From the NCBI GenBank assembly GCA_009783415.1, contig WRHF01000002.1, positions 1 to 36,991 of the forward strand: a stretch of 36,991 nt of DNA, given 5' to 3'. The position numbers and the translations under genes were made by a program. The stretch comes from Clostridiales bacterium. GTDB taxonomy: Bacteria > Bacillota > Dehalobacteriia > UBA4068. Positions 35,677 through 36,991 of this stretch are shown piece by piece; the first letter of the stretch is position 1; the number at the start of each line of letters is the position of its first letter. The notes under the pieces are model-generated. The model saw only the letters and a list, made by a program, of their open reading frames with translations, did no database searches and was not told where the DNA came from.

Positions 35677-36991
35677 ATGAATGGCAATAATAATCGGGAT
35701 GTAGATCAAGAACTTCTTCAGGCGGCCCGGCAGACATATAATGCGCTTCCCCTTGACCCCCCCAACCGCAGTCAGGAAGATGAAATGACTTTGGAGACGT
35801 TTATTCTACAGCCTGACACGATAGGCTTTATAACCGTTGCTAATATGGCTTTTCGGGACTATATCAGGAGCCGGCCCTATATCCGGATCGGCACCTATCT
35901 CCCTTTAGGAAATTATGTGGTAGCCTATACCAACATAGGTAATTTGGATAGGATCTATAGTGAGTTAAGGGTAGAGTTTTTAAATTTTTATCCTGCTCTT
36001 TTTACTATTTTGGATCAGGAAAGCAATGTTGCTGCCGGAATTACCCCAATTTTGCATCAGCCTCATTTGAACCTGACAGGCAGAGGGGTTTTGCTGGGCT
36101 TTGTGGACACGGGCATAGATTATACCAAAGAAGCTTTTCGCTATGAGGATGGCTCAAGCAAAATCAAATATATTTGGGATCAGACGATTGCCGGTAATCC
36201 CCCGGAAGGTATGCACTTTGGCTCTGTCTATACTCAGGAAAATATCAACGAGGCTCTAAAAGCGGAAGACCCTGCTGCCATTGTGCCTCATGCGGATACT
36301 GTGGGCCACGGAACCTTTCTTGCTTCAGTGGCAGGCAGCCGGGAGCAGGGCACTTATCAAGGGGTAGCTGCCGATGCGGAGATTATTGCTGTAAAACTAA
36401 GAACAGCCCATCCTTATTTTCAAGAAAATGTAGCTTTGCCCTACAGTGAAGATGAAGTTTTTGAAACTACCGGCCTTATTTTGGGTATTCAATTTATTTT
36501 TGACCGGGCTCGGGAATTGAACTGCCCGGTGGTTATTTGTTTGGCTATAGGCACCAATTCGGTGGCCCATGATGGCCACGCTAATGTGGAAGAGTATATA
36601 TCTGCTCTTTCCAATCAGGAAAGCTGCGTTTTTGTTGTTGCTGCCGGTAACGAAAGCAATTCCCGCCGTCATACCAACGGGCTTTTGAGCCAAACTAATG
36701 ACATCGAGTCAATCAAAGTACGGGTAGAGGCAGATATCGCCAGACTTTCCACCCTGATCGTTCATAAAGGTTGGGATCGCATATCTATTTCTGTTAAATC
36801 TCCCGGTGGAGAAACATTGGAAAGAGTCCCTATTCTTTTGGGGAGGGAAGTCAGAACAAGGCTGATTTTTGAGGGCTCGACTATCCGCGTTTTTTATTTC
36901 CAGGATAATTTTAACGGGATGATAGTTGTAACCATAGATTTGCCTACCGATGGCATTTGGGAAATCAACCTTCACGGCGACTTGATAATCA
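35677..36991 (+). CDS. Second Csp-like S8 subtilase, cut by the window end
   Basis: Not in the ORF track; frame from ATG 35677 gives LTGRGVLLGFVDTGIDY, IWDQT, GHGTFLASVA, AAGNE. Confidence 0.88.
   Translation, partial: MNGNNNRDVDQELLQAARQTYNALPLDPPNRSQEDEMTLETFILQPDTIGFITVANMAFRDYIRSRPYIRIGTYLPLGNYVVAYTNIGNLDRIYSELRVEFLNFYPALFTILDQESNVAAGITPILHQPHLNLTGRGVLLGFVDTGIDYTKEAFRYEDGSSKIKYIWDQTIAGNPPEGMHFGSVYTQENINEALKAEDPAAIVPHADTVGHGTFLASVAGSREQGTYQGVAADAEIIAVKLRTAHPYFQENVALPYSEDEVFETTGLILGIQFIFDRARELNCPVVICLAIGTNSVAHDGHANVEEYISALSNQESCVFVVAAGNESNSRRHTNGLLSQTNDIESIKVRVEADIARLSTLIVHKGWDRISISVKSPGGETLERVPILLGREVRTRLIFEGSTIRVFYFQDNFNGMIVVTIDLPTDGIWEINLHGDLII

Overview
Chromosomal window from a probable spore-forming Clostridia-type bacterium. 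0.3-3.7 kb: a Zn/Mn-type ABC uptake operon headed by a small His/Cys membrane peptide, then an orphan BlaI-type repressor. 4.6-21.1 kb: the standout locus, four paralogous secreted S15 (PepX-like Xaa-Pro dipeptidyl peptidase) genes, each ending in a cohesin plus a dockerin, with a secreted lipase-like hydrolase (Ig and InlB-B repeats) in the middle. This suggests a cellulosome-like assembly built for peptide degradation. 21.4-23.3 kb: an unusual overlapping ispH-miaA pair. 23.4-32 kb: an accessory, defence-like island (ankyrin fragment, HigBA with a dead toxin, SWIM protein, Fe-S flavoprotein, TIR-NB-ARC-TPR, HicAB, Schlafen/AlbA_2 protein). 32-37 kb: radA and two Csp-like subtilases. The intergenic DNA carries many miniature palindromic elements and heptamer repeats, but there is no transposase in the window. 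No rRNA, tRNA or CRISPR array was seen. All family calls come from motif recognition by eye, not from database searches.
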